Assembly (NCBI GenBank): GCA_051599415.1
Contig: AP039695.1
Span: 310,001 to 374,000, forward strand
Reading direction: 5' to 3'
Origin: Savitreella phatthalungensis
Lineage: Eukaryota
DNA length: 64,000 bases
Of the stretch, positions 1 to 10,922 are shown one piece after another. The notes beneath the pieces were generated by a model. The model worked only from the letters and a program-made list of their open reading frames with translations, did no database searches and had not been told where the DNA came from. Each line of letters opens with the position of its first letter. The stretch's first letter is position 1. The translations under genes and the position numbers were made by a program.

Positions 1-1080
1 AACATCTGAAATATCTGAAATAAATTGATCAAATGCTTACATGGATATATTTGATACAAATGAATTTCAAGCAGAACATACTCTCTAATTAAGCCGTTTG
101 ACCCATCCACGCTTTTTGTTTAGTTCTTTTCGAATCCATCTGCTGGGAGATCGGCTGAAGCTAGGTGAATCATTTCTACATATGTGTTGGAGTATAGTTC
201 ATAACTCAACGTGCAGATCGTCTCCATCCCCACTCTCCCAGATTGGAATACTTGCATGGACTGTGCTCCGGAACAGCTTAATACTGGTAGATCGCTTCAG
301 ACCGTTGATGGAGGAGACTCTTGAAGGTTTGTGAGTGGAAACTCCATGCATACTAGGCGTGTAAGCGAGTGATTTGTAGTATTTTGAGAGAGAGAGACCG
401 GCAAACCTGTCAGATCGTCATTCTTGCCAGATCTCATGCCGCGGCTGGGAACGAGTCAGGCAGAATGCCAGACAGACAGTTTTACCCTGTCAGCACGAAC
501 GACACGGCAACAGATGGACCGTGATACATGACCGAGGGGATGAATTACGGGCTCATGTGAGTCACGGCACGGTAGGACACAACATGACACAAACGAGTAT
601 TTTGCGCAGTGGAGCCAGACTGCTTGTGCTTGTGCTTGTCTTGACCAAGCTGATTGCAAGCTCTGTCCGACTGACTTCGATCAACGGATCCGGTACAGGT
701 GTGTCTGTTCCCGGCTCTCGTTGTGGTTTTTTGATTGTGGTGTGGACAGGAAAATCAAAGTCACGGGCATAAAACGGTCAAGCGGATCAAAGGGCGCGCG
801 GAAGGATCTCGAAAGATGCAGATGGTCTGCAGTAATTTGTATTGGTGGGGTGCGTGTGAGTGCGTTGACAAAGGAGACTGATGAGAATCTTGCCTCCGTG
901 AAGGATGCATATGTCAATTCTCCAAAATCCCCAAAGTCGTCGCAGCGTCTCCACAAAACCTTGTTCCACGCTCAGCGGCAGGATAGATCCTACTGTCGCT
1001 GTAGATGGCATAGCTTTCAGCTTGTGAAGTTTATACCTTCAGAAATGCGCACGAACCCTCAACTAGAAGGACAAAAGTGC

Positions 1081-1671
1081 TTATGCATCAACCTGCTGCA
1101 CGTCGGCAACCTGCTGGTCGATCTTGGCCTGAATACGGGCCTGACGCCTCTCACGGGCGGCCTTTGCGCGTGTGCGGCGAGCCTCCTGTGTGTCGGCAAT
1201 GTGCTTGGCACGGGTCTCCTCCGACTTGGCCTGGTGGATGTGCTCGATCAGGGCACGCTTGTGCTTGAAGGCGTTACCCTTTGCAGCAGCGTACAGAGTG
1301 TGGTAAAGGTGCTTGGTGATCTTGCCGGCGTCACGGTACTTGCGCAGCAAACGACGGAGAATGCGCTGGCGACGCATCCACTGCACGGATGTGCGGAGAC
1401 GTGCCTCCGATGTACCCTGACGCTTACCAGTACCAGAGTGACGGCCAAGACGCTTGGCAGCGTGCATCTCCCTCACGCGAGCGCGGCTGTGGACGACAGC
1501 AGGCTTCTTGATGATCAGGCCATCCTTGATCAGCTTGCGAATGTTCTGGCGAGAGTTGGCGTTGGCAATTTCGGTCTGTTCATTTGGGTCGAGCCAGACT
1601 TTTCTCTTGCCAACCTTGAGGCAGGCAGCTGCGAGACGCTTCTGCGACTTGAGGTTTGTCGAGCCAGCCAT
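1081..1671 (-). CDS. RPL19: 60S ribosomal protein eL19
   Basis: 196-aa ORF with [10 protein letters not shown]...[11 protein letters not shown]...[20 protein letters not shown]...[12 protein letters not shown], typical of eL19. Confidence 0.98.
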   Translation of the reverse strand: MAGSTNLKSQKRLAAACLKVGKRKVWLDPNEQTEIANANSRQNIRKLIKDGLIIKKPAVVHSRARVREMHAAKRLGRHSGTGKRQGTSEARLRTSVQWMRRQRILRRLLRKYRDAGKITKHLYHTLYAAAKGNAFKHKRALIEHIHQAKSEETRAKHIADTQEARRTRAKAARERRQARIQAKIDQQVADVQQVDA

Positions 1672-1701
1672 TATGTATATGTGTGTCGAGTGGTTAGTTC
1701 T

Positions 1702-1818
1702 CTATGCGACGACAAGAAGTCAATCTTCTGGTGCTAGATTGGCACGATGGTGTGCAAGAGGCGGTTCCTTGGTAGAGGTAGGACACTGCCTGCCCAGCAG
1801 GACGCAATCCAGACTCAC
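1702..1818 (-). other. Predicted 5'-UTR intron of RPL19 (117 nt)
   Basis: Minus strand: GTGAGT donor at 1818, ATTGAC branch-like motif, pyrimidine run, then CATAG acceptor ending at 1702, 30 nt before the ATG. Confidence 0.55.
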
Positions 1819-1917
1819 GTTCGGGCTGAGACGTGATGGTCCGTGTAGTGGATTGTAGGTCGATAGGATAGTGGACAAGCCGAGCAAGTGACTCTCGGGA
1901 GAGCAGCGCAGTGATCG

Positions 1918-1925
1918 AGTGACTG
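1918..1925 (-). promoter_or_regulatory. Homol-D-like box upstream of RPL19
   Basis: CAGTCACT on the minus strand, a 7/8 match to the fission-yeast ribosomal-protein promoter element CAGTCACA, about 100 nt upstream of the predicted UTR-intron donor. Confidence 0.35.
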
Positions 1926-2306
1926 CCTGGGCAGCTTCCCAACCGACGAATTCGATTGAGCGTGTGAAAAGATCAAGCGCCTTGAATTTATTCCTTCGAA
2001 TTACGTCCTTTCTACCAGTAGTAATGACATTCTTAACCTGGAAATACAGTATATTGGGACAAGCGCTACTATGCACGAATTTCCATCACATTGAAGACCG
2101 TGCTGTCTAACTCGATTGTGAATGCACGCACAGGCAACCCGTGGCAACAGTAAGCACACTGATAGTCTGCCTTCTTGCGTCTTGCACATTCTGTCCAAGA
2201 ACTTTGGATTTAGCCTGCTAGATGTGGTCGTGAATGTCATAACTATACTATGCCAGTGGTACGATCGCTGACGAATGATCAAGATCACGAAGAATGACTT
2301 GCTTCT

Positions 2307-3383
2307 TCACCGCGCCTGGAGATCTACACCCTGCTTGATTGCAGCAATCATGGCACTCGTTTGAATCTTCTCAGAGCCACCCATGCTGAGCCTGTATTCC
2401 ACACCAGCTAGCTTGTCGTATAGATGTGCTCGAGCTGGAGGCTTCAAGTCGAGATTCTCAAGCTCTTCAAAGACTCCCTGAAGGATGTCCTGTAGTGCCA
2501 AGCCCTTCTCTGTTTTCATCTTTGCGATCACCCGTAAAGCAGTGGTGAGCTCGTCGTTCATGGTACTCTGAACAATTAGGTCGATGTCTGTCGGATGCGG
2601 ATTGCCAACGCAGTTGTATATAGCGGTCTCGTCGATCGGACCATCCGTATATGCTGTGGCACACGCTTGGAGCACGTTTAGCGCCCTTCGCATATCGCCT
2701 CGTGAGAGCTTGAGCAAGGCTGCCTTGCCTTCAGCATCGATATTGATCTGCTCTCCGAGGATGACCTCATCGACTTTCCGCTCGATCTGCTCTTCTGGTA
2801 ACGGCTGGAACCTGAACCGTGTGCATCGCGACTGCAATGCCGGAGCAATTTTGTTTACATAGTTGCAAATGATACAGAACCGCACGTTCTTGGTGTATTG
2901 CTCAATGACGCGCCTCAGGGCGCCCTGAGCAACAAGAGTCATAGCATCTGCCTCGTCCAGGATGATGAGCTTGAAATTGCTTGAGAATATTTGTCGAGTG
3001 GAGGCAAATGTCTTGATCTGTTCTCGCACGACGTCGATACCACGATCGTCCGAAGCATTCAGCTCGAGAATCTGATTCTTGTAGCTCGAGCCGAAGACTT
3101 TCCTTGCCAATGCAAGTACCATAGAAGTCTTTCCAGTTCCAGGTGGCCCGTAGAATAGTAGGTGTGGCAGTCGGTTGTTCTCCACGAATTTGTTCAGCGT
3201 AGCGATGATATCCTGATGAGACACAACATCCTCCAATGCTTTTGGTCTATATTTCTCTACCCAGGGTAAGGCCGCCTCATCCGCAACGGCATTTGCATCA
3301 CCAAGTTTGGCGGAAGCTTTTCCTTTGCCCTTGTCGAGACGCTTGGCAGGCCTCTCGTCGTCAGAAACTTCCTCCATAGACAT
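2307..3383 (-). CDS. RFC3: Replication factor C small subunit (yeast Rfc3 / human RFC5 type)
   Basis: PWVEKYRP, LPHLLFYGPPGTGKTS (Walker A), LELNASDDRGIDVVR, LDEADAMT (Walker B), SRC motif. Confidence 0.95.
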   Translation of the reverse strand: MSMEEVSDDERPAKRLDKGKGKASAKLGDANAVADEAALPWVEKYRPKALEDVVSHQDIIATLNKFVENNRLPHLLFYGPPGTGKTSMVLALARKVFGSSYKNQILELNASDDRGIDVVREQIKTFASTRQIFSSNFKLIILDEADAMTLVAQGALRRVIEQYTKNVRFCIICNYVNKIAPALQSRCTRFRFQPLPEEQIERKVDEVILGEQINIDAEGKAALLKLSRGDMRRALNVLQACATAYTDGPIDETAIYNCVGNPHPTDIDLIVQSTMNDELTTALRVIAKMKTEKGLALQDILQGVFEELENLDLKPPARAHLYDKLAGVEYRLSMGGSEKIQTSAMIAAIKQGVDLQAR

Positions 3384-3816
3384 TCTCAGCCAACCAGCAA
3401 GCTGATGTGGTTGACTGGTACGTCACTGCTCTCGCGACCGGCACGAATGTAATACTGTTGAGCGTGTATGATTTGCAGGCGCGCTTCAACGGGTCCGTAA
3501 ACGCGCTCGCGTCTTTACTTGACTACATGCACGCGCGTTGACACAAATGCGCGATGTATCGAATGCATAATTGTGGACGTGCATTGTACCGCAGACGGGA
3601 AACAATTGGTCGATGAGAAGCTGGAAATTGATCTGATCTGATATATCACTTCATTCACAGTCCGTGGCGAGTCATGTGCACCTCATCAATGACATGGCTT
3701 GACAGCTCTCCACACACCCTACGAAGCAGTCTTTAACCACTTTTACAATTGTGTCCTTCGAATTCTTATCGCTCAGCTAATAGTAGCCTGCTGGCTATAG
3801 GCGCTGTGTCCATGTC

Positions 3817-4683
3817 ATGACAATAGGCCGGCGTCGCATACGTAATAAAGGCGCGCGACCATCGGGCGGAGTTGGTCCAGAGACGGAAGGAGATGCTACA
3901 GATGCCCTAGAGCCGCCAGACCATGTCGAGATTCCGTCGGATGGTGGTGGCCGAATCATCGATATTTCCAGACTTGAGGCCCTTCTTCAATCGAAGTCTG
4001 AGTACCTGCGATTACGCGAGCGTACCGTCAATGAACTTCCCCTCGCACTCTTCCAGTCGGTCGCTTTTGCGAACCTTCGGATTTTGAATGTGCGCGGCTG
4101 CAATCTGAGCCATTTGCCTCCACAGGTGATACAGCTGCGGCATTTGCAGCATCTCGATGTCAGCGACAATCTCCGGATCAGGCTGCCTTCACAATTGCGT
4201 AAGCTCAATCTGCAGCGCTTCATCTGCTCGGAGACTACCCGAATGGAGCCAGAAACTTGGGATCTTCCGTACACCACGGACCTGTCGAAGGCGTACTGTG
4301 GCGATCGAGCTGACGGCCGACGATCTGTGCCATCCTTGGGACAACTCTGCGCGACCAAGGTTGTCGAATCATGTTCTTTGAGCGAGCTCGACCTCTTCCG
4401 AGACTTTGTCCCTACACACTTGCGTCGCTGGCTGTATCCTTACATCTGTCATGAATGTGGCCGGCTAGGACGATTACCGGTGGCTTCCCGGACTCGCAGA
4501 TGCGTCATCGCTCTCAAGCTTGTCCCATTACACTTCTCCGTCTGCTCCCTTGACTGTCTGGATACACTCCAGCAAACCTTTGTCTTTGAGGACGAGCTGA
4601 ATAAGGAAAAGCGTCTTGCACGGCAAGCCAAATTTGGTGGCGCATCTACAATACTGTCCTCTGTGCCCACTAACGGACGATAA
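3817..4683 (+). CDS. Leucine-rich repeat protein with BC-box-like motif and Cys-rich C-terminus (LRRC58-like architecture)
   Basis: LRRs (LRILNVRGCNLSHLPPQVIQLRHLQHLDVSDN), then VPSLGQLCATKV, VPTHLRRWL, CHEC and VPLHFSVCSLDC. Confidence 0.75.
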   Translation: MTIGRRRIRNKGARPSGGVGPETEGDATDALEPPDHVEIPSDGGGRIIDISRLEALLQSKSEYLRLRERTVNELPLALFQSVAFANLRILNVRGCNLSHLPPQVIQLRHLQHLDVSDNLRIRLPSQLRKLNLQRFICSETTRMEPETWDLPYTTDLSKAYCGDRADGRRSVPSLGQLCATKVVESCSLSELDLFRDFVPTHLRRWLYPYICHECGRLGRLPVASRTRRCVIALKLVPLHFSVCSLDCLDTLQQTFVFEDELNKEKRLARQAKFGGASTILSSVPTNGR

Positions 4684-5235
4684 GCTGCAACTGACATACC
4701 GTGCATCATTCGATCGCATACCATGCACGACAGCGTGTGACAATTTGACGATACCAAGTCTGTGGTTGACTACTGTTGACGTTTGAGGTGCTGGCACGGC
4801 CAGCCCACGCATATCGTCAATCTATATGTTCGGGATGACACATGATGTGATCATTTAAGCGACCCGGCCCTGCGAGTATCCCTACTGCCTGTCATAAGCT
4901 TGACAGTATGCTGGAAATCAGACTCACGATCCATGGCATCAGAACGCTGATGAAAGCCAGTCTCGCCCTGAGGTAGCCGTTTGTACATCTAGCCTCCATC
5001 TTTGCACTCGCACAATCACATGACATCAATCAACCCACTGATCTGTATCTTGATCCACAAAAAAGTTAACGACCGGAATGTTGCAAATGTCCAATGGTGA
5101 CGAGCTCTTGATACAGGTCATTGCCCCTAGTGAGCACAATGCTGGTGTCTCAAGATAGCTAGAGATGGCTTGAACTTTCTTTTGCGGGAGCTACTGGACG
5201 ACTAAGGTGGCCTTGGTCTCGAACTTGCGGCCACT

Positions 5236-7542
5236 ATGGAGCAGCAGATGGCAAGCCTTGACCTGACAGACAGCGGCAACAATGGCAGCTCCACTGAACG
5301 CTGGACTGACATAACGGCAGAGTACTTCGCCGCTTGTTCGACTCTGACCCTTGGTCAGCTGGTGCGTAAAGAGGAATTCTCGCTACACGACTCGATCGCC
5401 GCGCTCGAGATCATGGATCCGAAGATGGACAACGGTGTCGTGACGGAGGAAGAAGCGGCAATGGGTACGCTCGATGTGTCTCGGGCAAGGACGTGCTCCG
5501 AGGTGCTCATGATCGCCGATCAGCTGTTCAGGAAAGAGATGGCTTGGCATTCAGGCTCACACTTATCTCAGACACTCTTTACATGCGTGTACTTGCAGAA
5601 GCTCCTGACACCTTCCCTGCAGCCAGACGGGAAACGGTTCAGCACGGACTCACAGACCCAGAACACACGCTTGCTTCTCGATCATGTGCTTTATCCCCTG
5701 ATCGCCGCGACAGTCAAGTGCTGTGCGTACGTGAGAGAAACCTTCGCTTCCGGATATCTGTATGAGGAGGAGGATGTATCCTCACAGGACTATGGCCTGC
5801 CCTTGCTTGGGTCGGCTTCAGCTTTTCAGGTAGTGCAGCTTCTACAGAGAGGCGCGGACGTGGTGGAGGGGCTGAAAGTGAATAGCAAGGAAGAAGAGCT
5901 ACCCGTGCTCGCAGAGCTCGCTTTGCGCTTGCAGGGCCGTTCCAGCCTACTGATGGCGCTAGACTATCCGCAAGGATCGAGCGAAGCTACTTCACATTGG
6001 CGAGACGTCCAGACCAGTTTCAAATCGTGGCGGCAGCTAGATGCAGGATCGCTCGAGGACGATGCACTCGTCTTCAACACCAGCTTCCAGAGAGTCCTCG
6101 ACAGCACAACACCGCCGCGACCGATCCTGGACGTGTCGTTCAAGGAAGCCCAAGAGCAAATGTGCTCGCTTGCCGAAGACATGGCTGCGATCGGACTGAT
6201 CAAAGGTGCGGAGGCATCAGTCTCGCCTACAGCACTGCTGGCTCACTTTGAGGCTTTTCGTGTCCGCCAGCCGGCACGCATGCCATTTGCCCGGCTGGAG
6301 ATGCAACTTGCGTTCCTACACGACAAATCGGCGGAGCATGGTGAAGAACGTGCGGCGTTCTGCCGAGCGTCGATTCAGGAGTGTGTGGGAGCTTGTGATG
6401 TGCTGTTCGGAGACAAGGTCACGGCTGCAGAGGCACCGTCGGATGTTCGGTATCAGGCAATGCAAGTGCTGTCGGCTTGTCTGACAATGGTCGAGGGCTT
6501 GCTGCTTGACCTCTATAAAATCCTTTGCCACAATCCCGGCCGCGTACGGCGCAACCTGGCAAAGTTGTTGATGGACGCCGACGCATTGATAGCTGATACA
6601 GAGGCGGCAGACCAGCGGATCCTAGATCTCGTCGCGCAATCGCCGCTGGCCAACGCATGTGGCGTTCCTGAGACGCAAATGCATCTGATCTCGACCTGGC
6701 TGCGGCACTTGGAGATGACGATGAGCGTGACACTAGTGAAGCAGGCTGCTGAGCTGGATTTGCTAAAACCGTTTGAGCTACTCGCTCATTTCTTCCAGCT
6801 CGACACCATCCTCTTCCTCCAGAACGACGTGCTCTATCAGATCTTTTCTGTGCAACTGAATGCATCTCGCGAGTACCGTGCACGCTCACCAGCCGCTGCA
6901 GCCTGGATCTCGTCCACGATGCTGCGAAACGAGGTCGAGTCGATTGTGTGCAAGGGAATGCTATTCGAGCTGTCGGCTTTGTCGACGCTCGGTGTGATTG
7001 CGGAGCCCGCAGGCGTAGGACTCGGCGTCGCAGACAGGGCAAAGCTCTACGAGTACCGGATCAAGATCTTCCGCAGGTGCGCACGTCACCGGGTCTCCTC
7101 ACCAGCAGCCTTCTTTCCAGACTACGCCACCTGCATGGCCGAGATCGCCACCATGACAGGCCTCAATTCAGACCCCACGTCCCCCGCCGACAGGGTCCGC
7201 TCGGCGCGTGAGAATCTCGGCAAGGCAAAGGACATGTTTGACTTGGGTTTGAAGAAGCTGAGTGAGATGAAGATTGCGCTTAGCAAGATTCGTGCGCGCC
7301 GTGGGCTTGATAGCGAGGGTCCGCTGATGTCGGCTGTAGACAAGGCAGAGGATGCACGATCACGATCGCTAGCCGGCTGCTGCGTCAGTAGCAAGCTAGC
7401 CATCAACAACCTCCTCACAAACCTACCGCCAGACACCGACCCACAGCACATTCTCGGCAGGTGGAAGAGCAAAGGCAAGCTGACAAGGGACACAAGATAC
7501 GATCGAACGTATGCGACGCTGAACGTCGTCTTTGTAGATTGA
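5236..7542 (+). CDS. MAK10: NatC N-terminal acetyltransferase auxiliary subunit (Mak10/NAA35)
   Basis: WTDITAEY...LTLGQLV...FSLHDSIAALEIMDPKMDNG...WHSGSHLSQTLFTCVYL...YEEED, the Mak10 N-terminal signature. Confidence 0.92.
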   Translation: MEQQMASLDLTDSGNNGSSTERWTDITAEYFAACSTLTLGQLVRKEEFSLHDSIAALEIMDPKMDNGVVTEEEAAMGTLDVSRARTCSEVLMIADQLFRKEMAWHSGSHLSQTLFTCVYLQKLLTPSLQPDGKRFSTDSQTQNTRLLLDHVLYPLIAATVKCCAYVRETFASGYLYEEEDVSSQDYGLPLLGSASAFQVVQLLQRGADVVEGLKVNSKEEELPVLAELALRLQGRSSLLMALDYPQGSSEATSHWRDVQTSFKSWRQLDAGSLEDDALVFNTSFQRVLDSTTPPRPILDVSFKEAQEQMCSLAEDMAAIGLIKGAEASVSPTALLAHFEAFRVRQPARMPFARLEMQLAFLHDKSAEHGEERAAFCRASIQECVGACDVLFGDKVTAAEAPSDVRYQAMQVLSACLTMVEGLLLDLYKILCHNPGRVRRNLAKLLMDADALIADTEAADQRILDLVAQSPLANACGVPETQMHLISTWLRHLEMTMSVTLVKQAAELDLLKPFELLAHFFQLDTILFLQNDVLYQIFSVQLNASREYRARSPAAAAWISSTMLRNEVESIVCKGMLFELSALSTLGVIAEPAGVGLGVADRAKLYEYRIKIFRRCARHRVSSPAAFFPDYATCMAEIATMTGLNSDPTSPADRVRSARENLGKAKDMFDLGLKKLSEMKIALSKIRARRGLDSEGPLMSAVDKAEDARSRSLAGCCVSSKLAINNLLTNLPPDTDPQHILGRWKSKGKLTRDTRYDRTYATLNVVFVD

Positions 7543-7787
7543 GTCACGAGATTTGCGAGGATTTGTATGATTAGGACAAATAAAGAGACGAATCGCAAAT
7601 GACTCGATCTCGGTCACTCAGGGATGATTGGGTACATGATTGGATTCTTTTGCTTTGCCTGTCGCGCCGCTAGGGTAATTGTTGTGATGTTGTGGAGGGT
7701 GTGTTTATGCCTGCAAGCTCTCTATATCGTTTTGTGAGGGGTTTGAATGGGATATTGGCATAGGGCTGGGAGATGTGGGTTGAGTGT

Positions 7788-9143
7788 TTAAAGCTCGTCG
7801 TAGTATGGAAGCAGATGAGTCTCACCGACTGCGGCGACAGAGGGCTTGGCATCGAGCATGGCCTTTGCAACCTTGGCAACCTGCTCCGGGCTGACCTTCT
7901 CGATCGCTGAGACGAAGGTAGCGACGTCAGGTGCCTTGCCGTCGAGAATCAAGGCGCGACCAATCGGTTCTGCACTCAAGGTGCGCTCCTCTGCAGCCGT
8001 GTACGCATCGAATTTTGCGTGAGCCACGGCACGCGTCACATCCTCCTTCGATGCGCCAGATGCAAGCTTCTTCAGCGTCGAGAGGGATGATGCAGCTGCC
8101 TGGGCAATCGTCGACGTTGGTCCAGAGAGCTCGATGCTGAACAGGCCAGCGTCGTTGTAGGATGTGTGTGTGGCCACAGACTTGGTGAAAGGTCCAGACT
8201 CGTATGCAAGCTTAGCGAGCAGGGACTGTCCTGGCGACCACTTGATGGAAGAGCTGCCGCCGAGGATGTATCCCAGAACGGTCTGCTCGGGCGAAGGGTG
8301 TGGGCTGGCCTTGACTCCGGGGAAGGCGATGTTGTAGTGAGCGGTAGTCGATCGGAAGGGGTAGCGTGCCTCGCCACCGAAGTACTTGGTTGCGGTACTC
8401 TCGAGCTTTGAGCCTGCTGGCACATCGGCAAAGTACTGGCCAACGAGCTGGCTGATCTCGGACGAGTCTGCGCCGGTAGCGATGACGGCAATGTTGTTGC
8501 GAACGTAGCTCTTGCGGGCGAATTCGGCAACCATGTCTGCCGTCACGGGTGTTTCGGGCGCGGAGAGGAGAGTGTTGCCGAGGCCGCGGCGGAAGGCAGC
8601 GTTGTGAACGAGATCGCGGGCAATGGCTGTCGGTGAGGAGAGGAAGTTGTCAAACTCAAGCTTTGCGAGCGGAACGACGGTCTCTGGCAAGACGTAGTGT
8701 GAGTACTTCGTCTTGGTGATGACCTCGCCGAGAAGCTCGACAAAGTAAGGTAGATCTTCACGCAGGCACTGTGCGTTGAGGATGATGTGTTCGCGCGTGA
8801 GCTTTGAAGAGAGCTTTGCACCAATCAGTTCCGCTTCGCGGTTGATGCGGAGTGATGTCCGCTTTTCGGTTGTCTGGAATGCAAATTTCTCGAGCAGGTT
8901 TGCGACTCCGGGGGAGGTCTCGTAGCGCGAACCTGCACGAACGACGACGGAGACGGAGGTTGTGGGCCGTCCGTCGTCGCGTGTGGCCACCTTGATGCCG
9001 TTGCTGTCGGTGACATTGAAGTTGAAAGACTGCTGTACGGCAGCAGCTGTAGCCATTGAACGACGGGTGGATCCAGCCTGAAGCTGGCTAACCGTGTTTG
9101 CGAGGCATCGGCTGCCGCTCGTCATCACCCGTCTCGAGAACAT
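7788..9143 (-). CDS. QCR2: Cytochrome bc1 core subunit 2 (M16 peptidase-like), mitochondrial
   Basis: Likely ATG at 9143 (MFSRRVMTSGSRC, presequence-like); VVRAGSRYET, LEKFAFQTTEKRTSLRINREAELIG, C-terminal LPYYDEL; no HXXEH motif. Confidence 0.93.
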   Translation of the reverse strand: MFSRRVMTSGSRCLANTVSQLQAGSTRRSMATAAAVQQSFNFNVTDSNGIKVATRDDGRPTTSVSVVVRAGSRYETSPGVANLLEKFAFQTTEKRTSLRINREAELIGAKLSSKLTREHIILNAQCLREDLPYFVELLGEVITKTKYSHYVLPETVVPLAKLEFDNFLSSPTAIARDLVHNAAFRRGLGNTLLSAPETPVTADMVAEFARKSYVRNNIAVIATGADSSEISQLVGQYFADVPAGSKLESTATKYFGGEARYPFRSTTAHYNIAFPGVKASPHPSPEQTVLGYILGGSSSIKWSPGQSLLAKLAYESGPFTKSVATHTSYNDAGLFSIELSGPTSTIAQAAASSLSTLKKLASGASKEDVTRAVAHAKFDAYTAAEERTLSAEPIGRALILDGKAPDVATFVSAIEKVSPEQVAKVAKAMLDAKPSVAAVGETHLLPYYDEL

Positions 9144-9436
9144 GATGTGATGAGAGGAGTCAACGTGAGGAAGAGAGAGAGGGAAGGGCGGAGGCCGTGC
9201 AAGGGTTTTTGATCCTTGGTGGAGAAGCAAGGAAACAGAACTGTGTTGATCAAGGTTCTTGAAGAAGTGACCTGTGGAATTGGTGAGCAGGGGTCCTGAG
9301 TGGGTAAAGGAGAGTGGACGGTGAGCAGACGGTGAGTGGAGTCTCTGTCTGACTGGAGTATGTGCGGTAAGTGTGTGTTCGGACCAGTGTAACTCTGTCC
9401 GTGTCGCTCTCGGCGGTCTCTGGCAGAATCAGACAC

Positions 9437-9470
9437 AGAGAGAGAGAGAGAGAAAGAGAGAAGAGAGAGA
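9437..9470. repeat. Imperfect (GA)n microsatellite
   Basis: agagagagagagagagaaagagagaagagagaga upstream of QCR2. Confidence 0.9.
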
Positions 9471-10922
9471 TTCAGTGCAGTGGTGGTTGCGCTAGAGCGT
9501 TGAAGGACAAGGCAGAATAATCCTCTACGAATTTGCACCTCGAATTGTATGGATTTGTGGCTGAAAATACTTTCAAAATTTTAACTCGTGGTATTGTCAA
9601 ACTAATAATCGCGTCTATGATCCATATTGTAGGCCGACAGGGACAATTAAGAATCTGTAAGATAGATGGAATTACAGATATATTCATCATCAGCTCTTCC
9701 AATCTTTGTCGTGGCTAGTGACGTTTAATTTTCTCCATGTCTGAGATGATCTATTGGACAAAATTCAAAAGACTTTCAATATTTACGCACATATTATATT
9801 GAATTCAAATTGAATCCCGTCTTCCGAATCATGCCGGTATGCCTGCACGTGTCATCAGGTCGAAGATCATCAAGTAAATGAATGCACGTCAAAGGATCTG
9901 TCCAGAATCCCGTAACGTCCGGACAAGCTCGGACGTAAGTCACTCCAATAGGTGATGTCACAGAACAAAGTCAGCACTCTGAATATTCAGTGAGGTCGAT
10001 CAGTATACAGATAAGTGAGTACAGCAACTGAAGACCTTCAGTTGCGTGTACGGGCACCCGTGTCAGTATAGGGTACAGTCCATCAGGTAGGCTCTCATGA
10101 TATGCGATGAATTGCCACTGATGAGCTTGGAGCGACTATTCCACCTGTATGCATATGTTCATATGCACCAAGGCTAAGTGACATTGACCAAGCTTTCCGC
10201 CTCTCAATTGCAACGGTCGAGAGCGTCTATCACATGATGCTGGGCATTACTCTATAGATGACATATCTGTATGTACGTAGTTGAAAGATCAAATCGCCTA
10301 CTCTACTCGATAACTCTCTAGAGCTGCCGAGATCTCGATGAAAGAAGATGCATACTGTATGTATCGATGGATCAATCGATCGATCGGTTGTTTGATATCG
10401 AGTGGAGCTCTTAAAATGACGAGGATATATATGGAAGCACGAGTGTTAGGCTGTGAAATTTATATGCAGCAGACACGTGCGTTCGAACAAATTGTGCATC
10501 CGGCCGTCCGCGTATTCACCACTTTCTTAGCAGTGAATCAGTGACCAGCTCAGAATCCAGATCAAAATCAAAAAAAGTGTGCTTGCTACAGTGCACATGA
10601 GGTACAGTGACCGCCAAGCGCTACAGCTAGTTTGGAAGAGGATACACGAATAATCCGGATGCAGGTGACCTGTGTATGTCAACCCGTGACGTACTGTACC
10701 TTTCCTCCTCACGCACACGCACACACCTACACACACTGGCACGTTCTCTCTCTCTCCCTCTCTCTGAGTCTCTCCTTTATTCCTTAAAAGCTTCATTCGT
10801 ACAGTCAAACTCATCTGTAGCAATGCTGTCTGTGGATAACCTTCAGAGCTAGAGCAAGCGCAACCCATCTAATCATGACGATGTACTGATCTCAACGATC
10901 TCGACGAGCGTACTCTCTCAGC

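Noticed and set aside
721..1737. 338-aa plus-strand ORF antisense to RPL19
   Set aside because: Shadow frame expected from biased codon usage of a highly expressed gene; non-ATG start and no recognisable motifs. The same applies to most short antisense ORFs in the track.
7788..7802. C-terminal YDEL of QCR2 (and DEEL of the XRCC4-like protein) as ER-retention signals
   Set aside because: An LPY..DEL ending is normal for Qcr2, and neither protein has a signal peptide.
10108..10130. CTGATGA followed by a short stem, resembling a hammerhead ribozyme core (also near 4947)
   Set aside because: The required GAAA after stem II and the flanking helices are missing.
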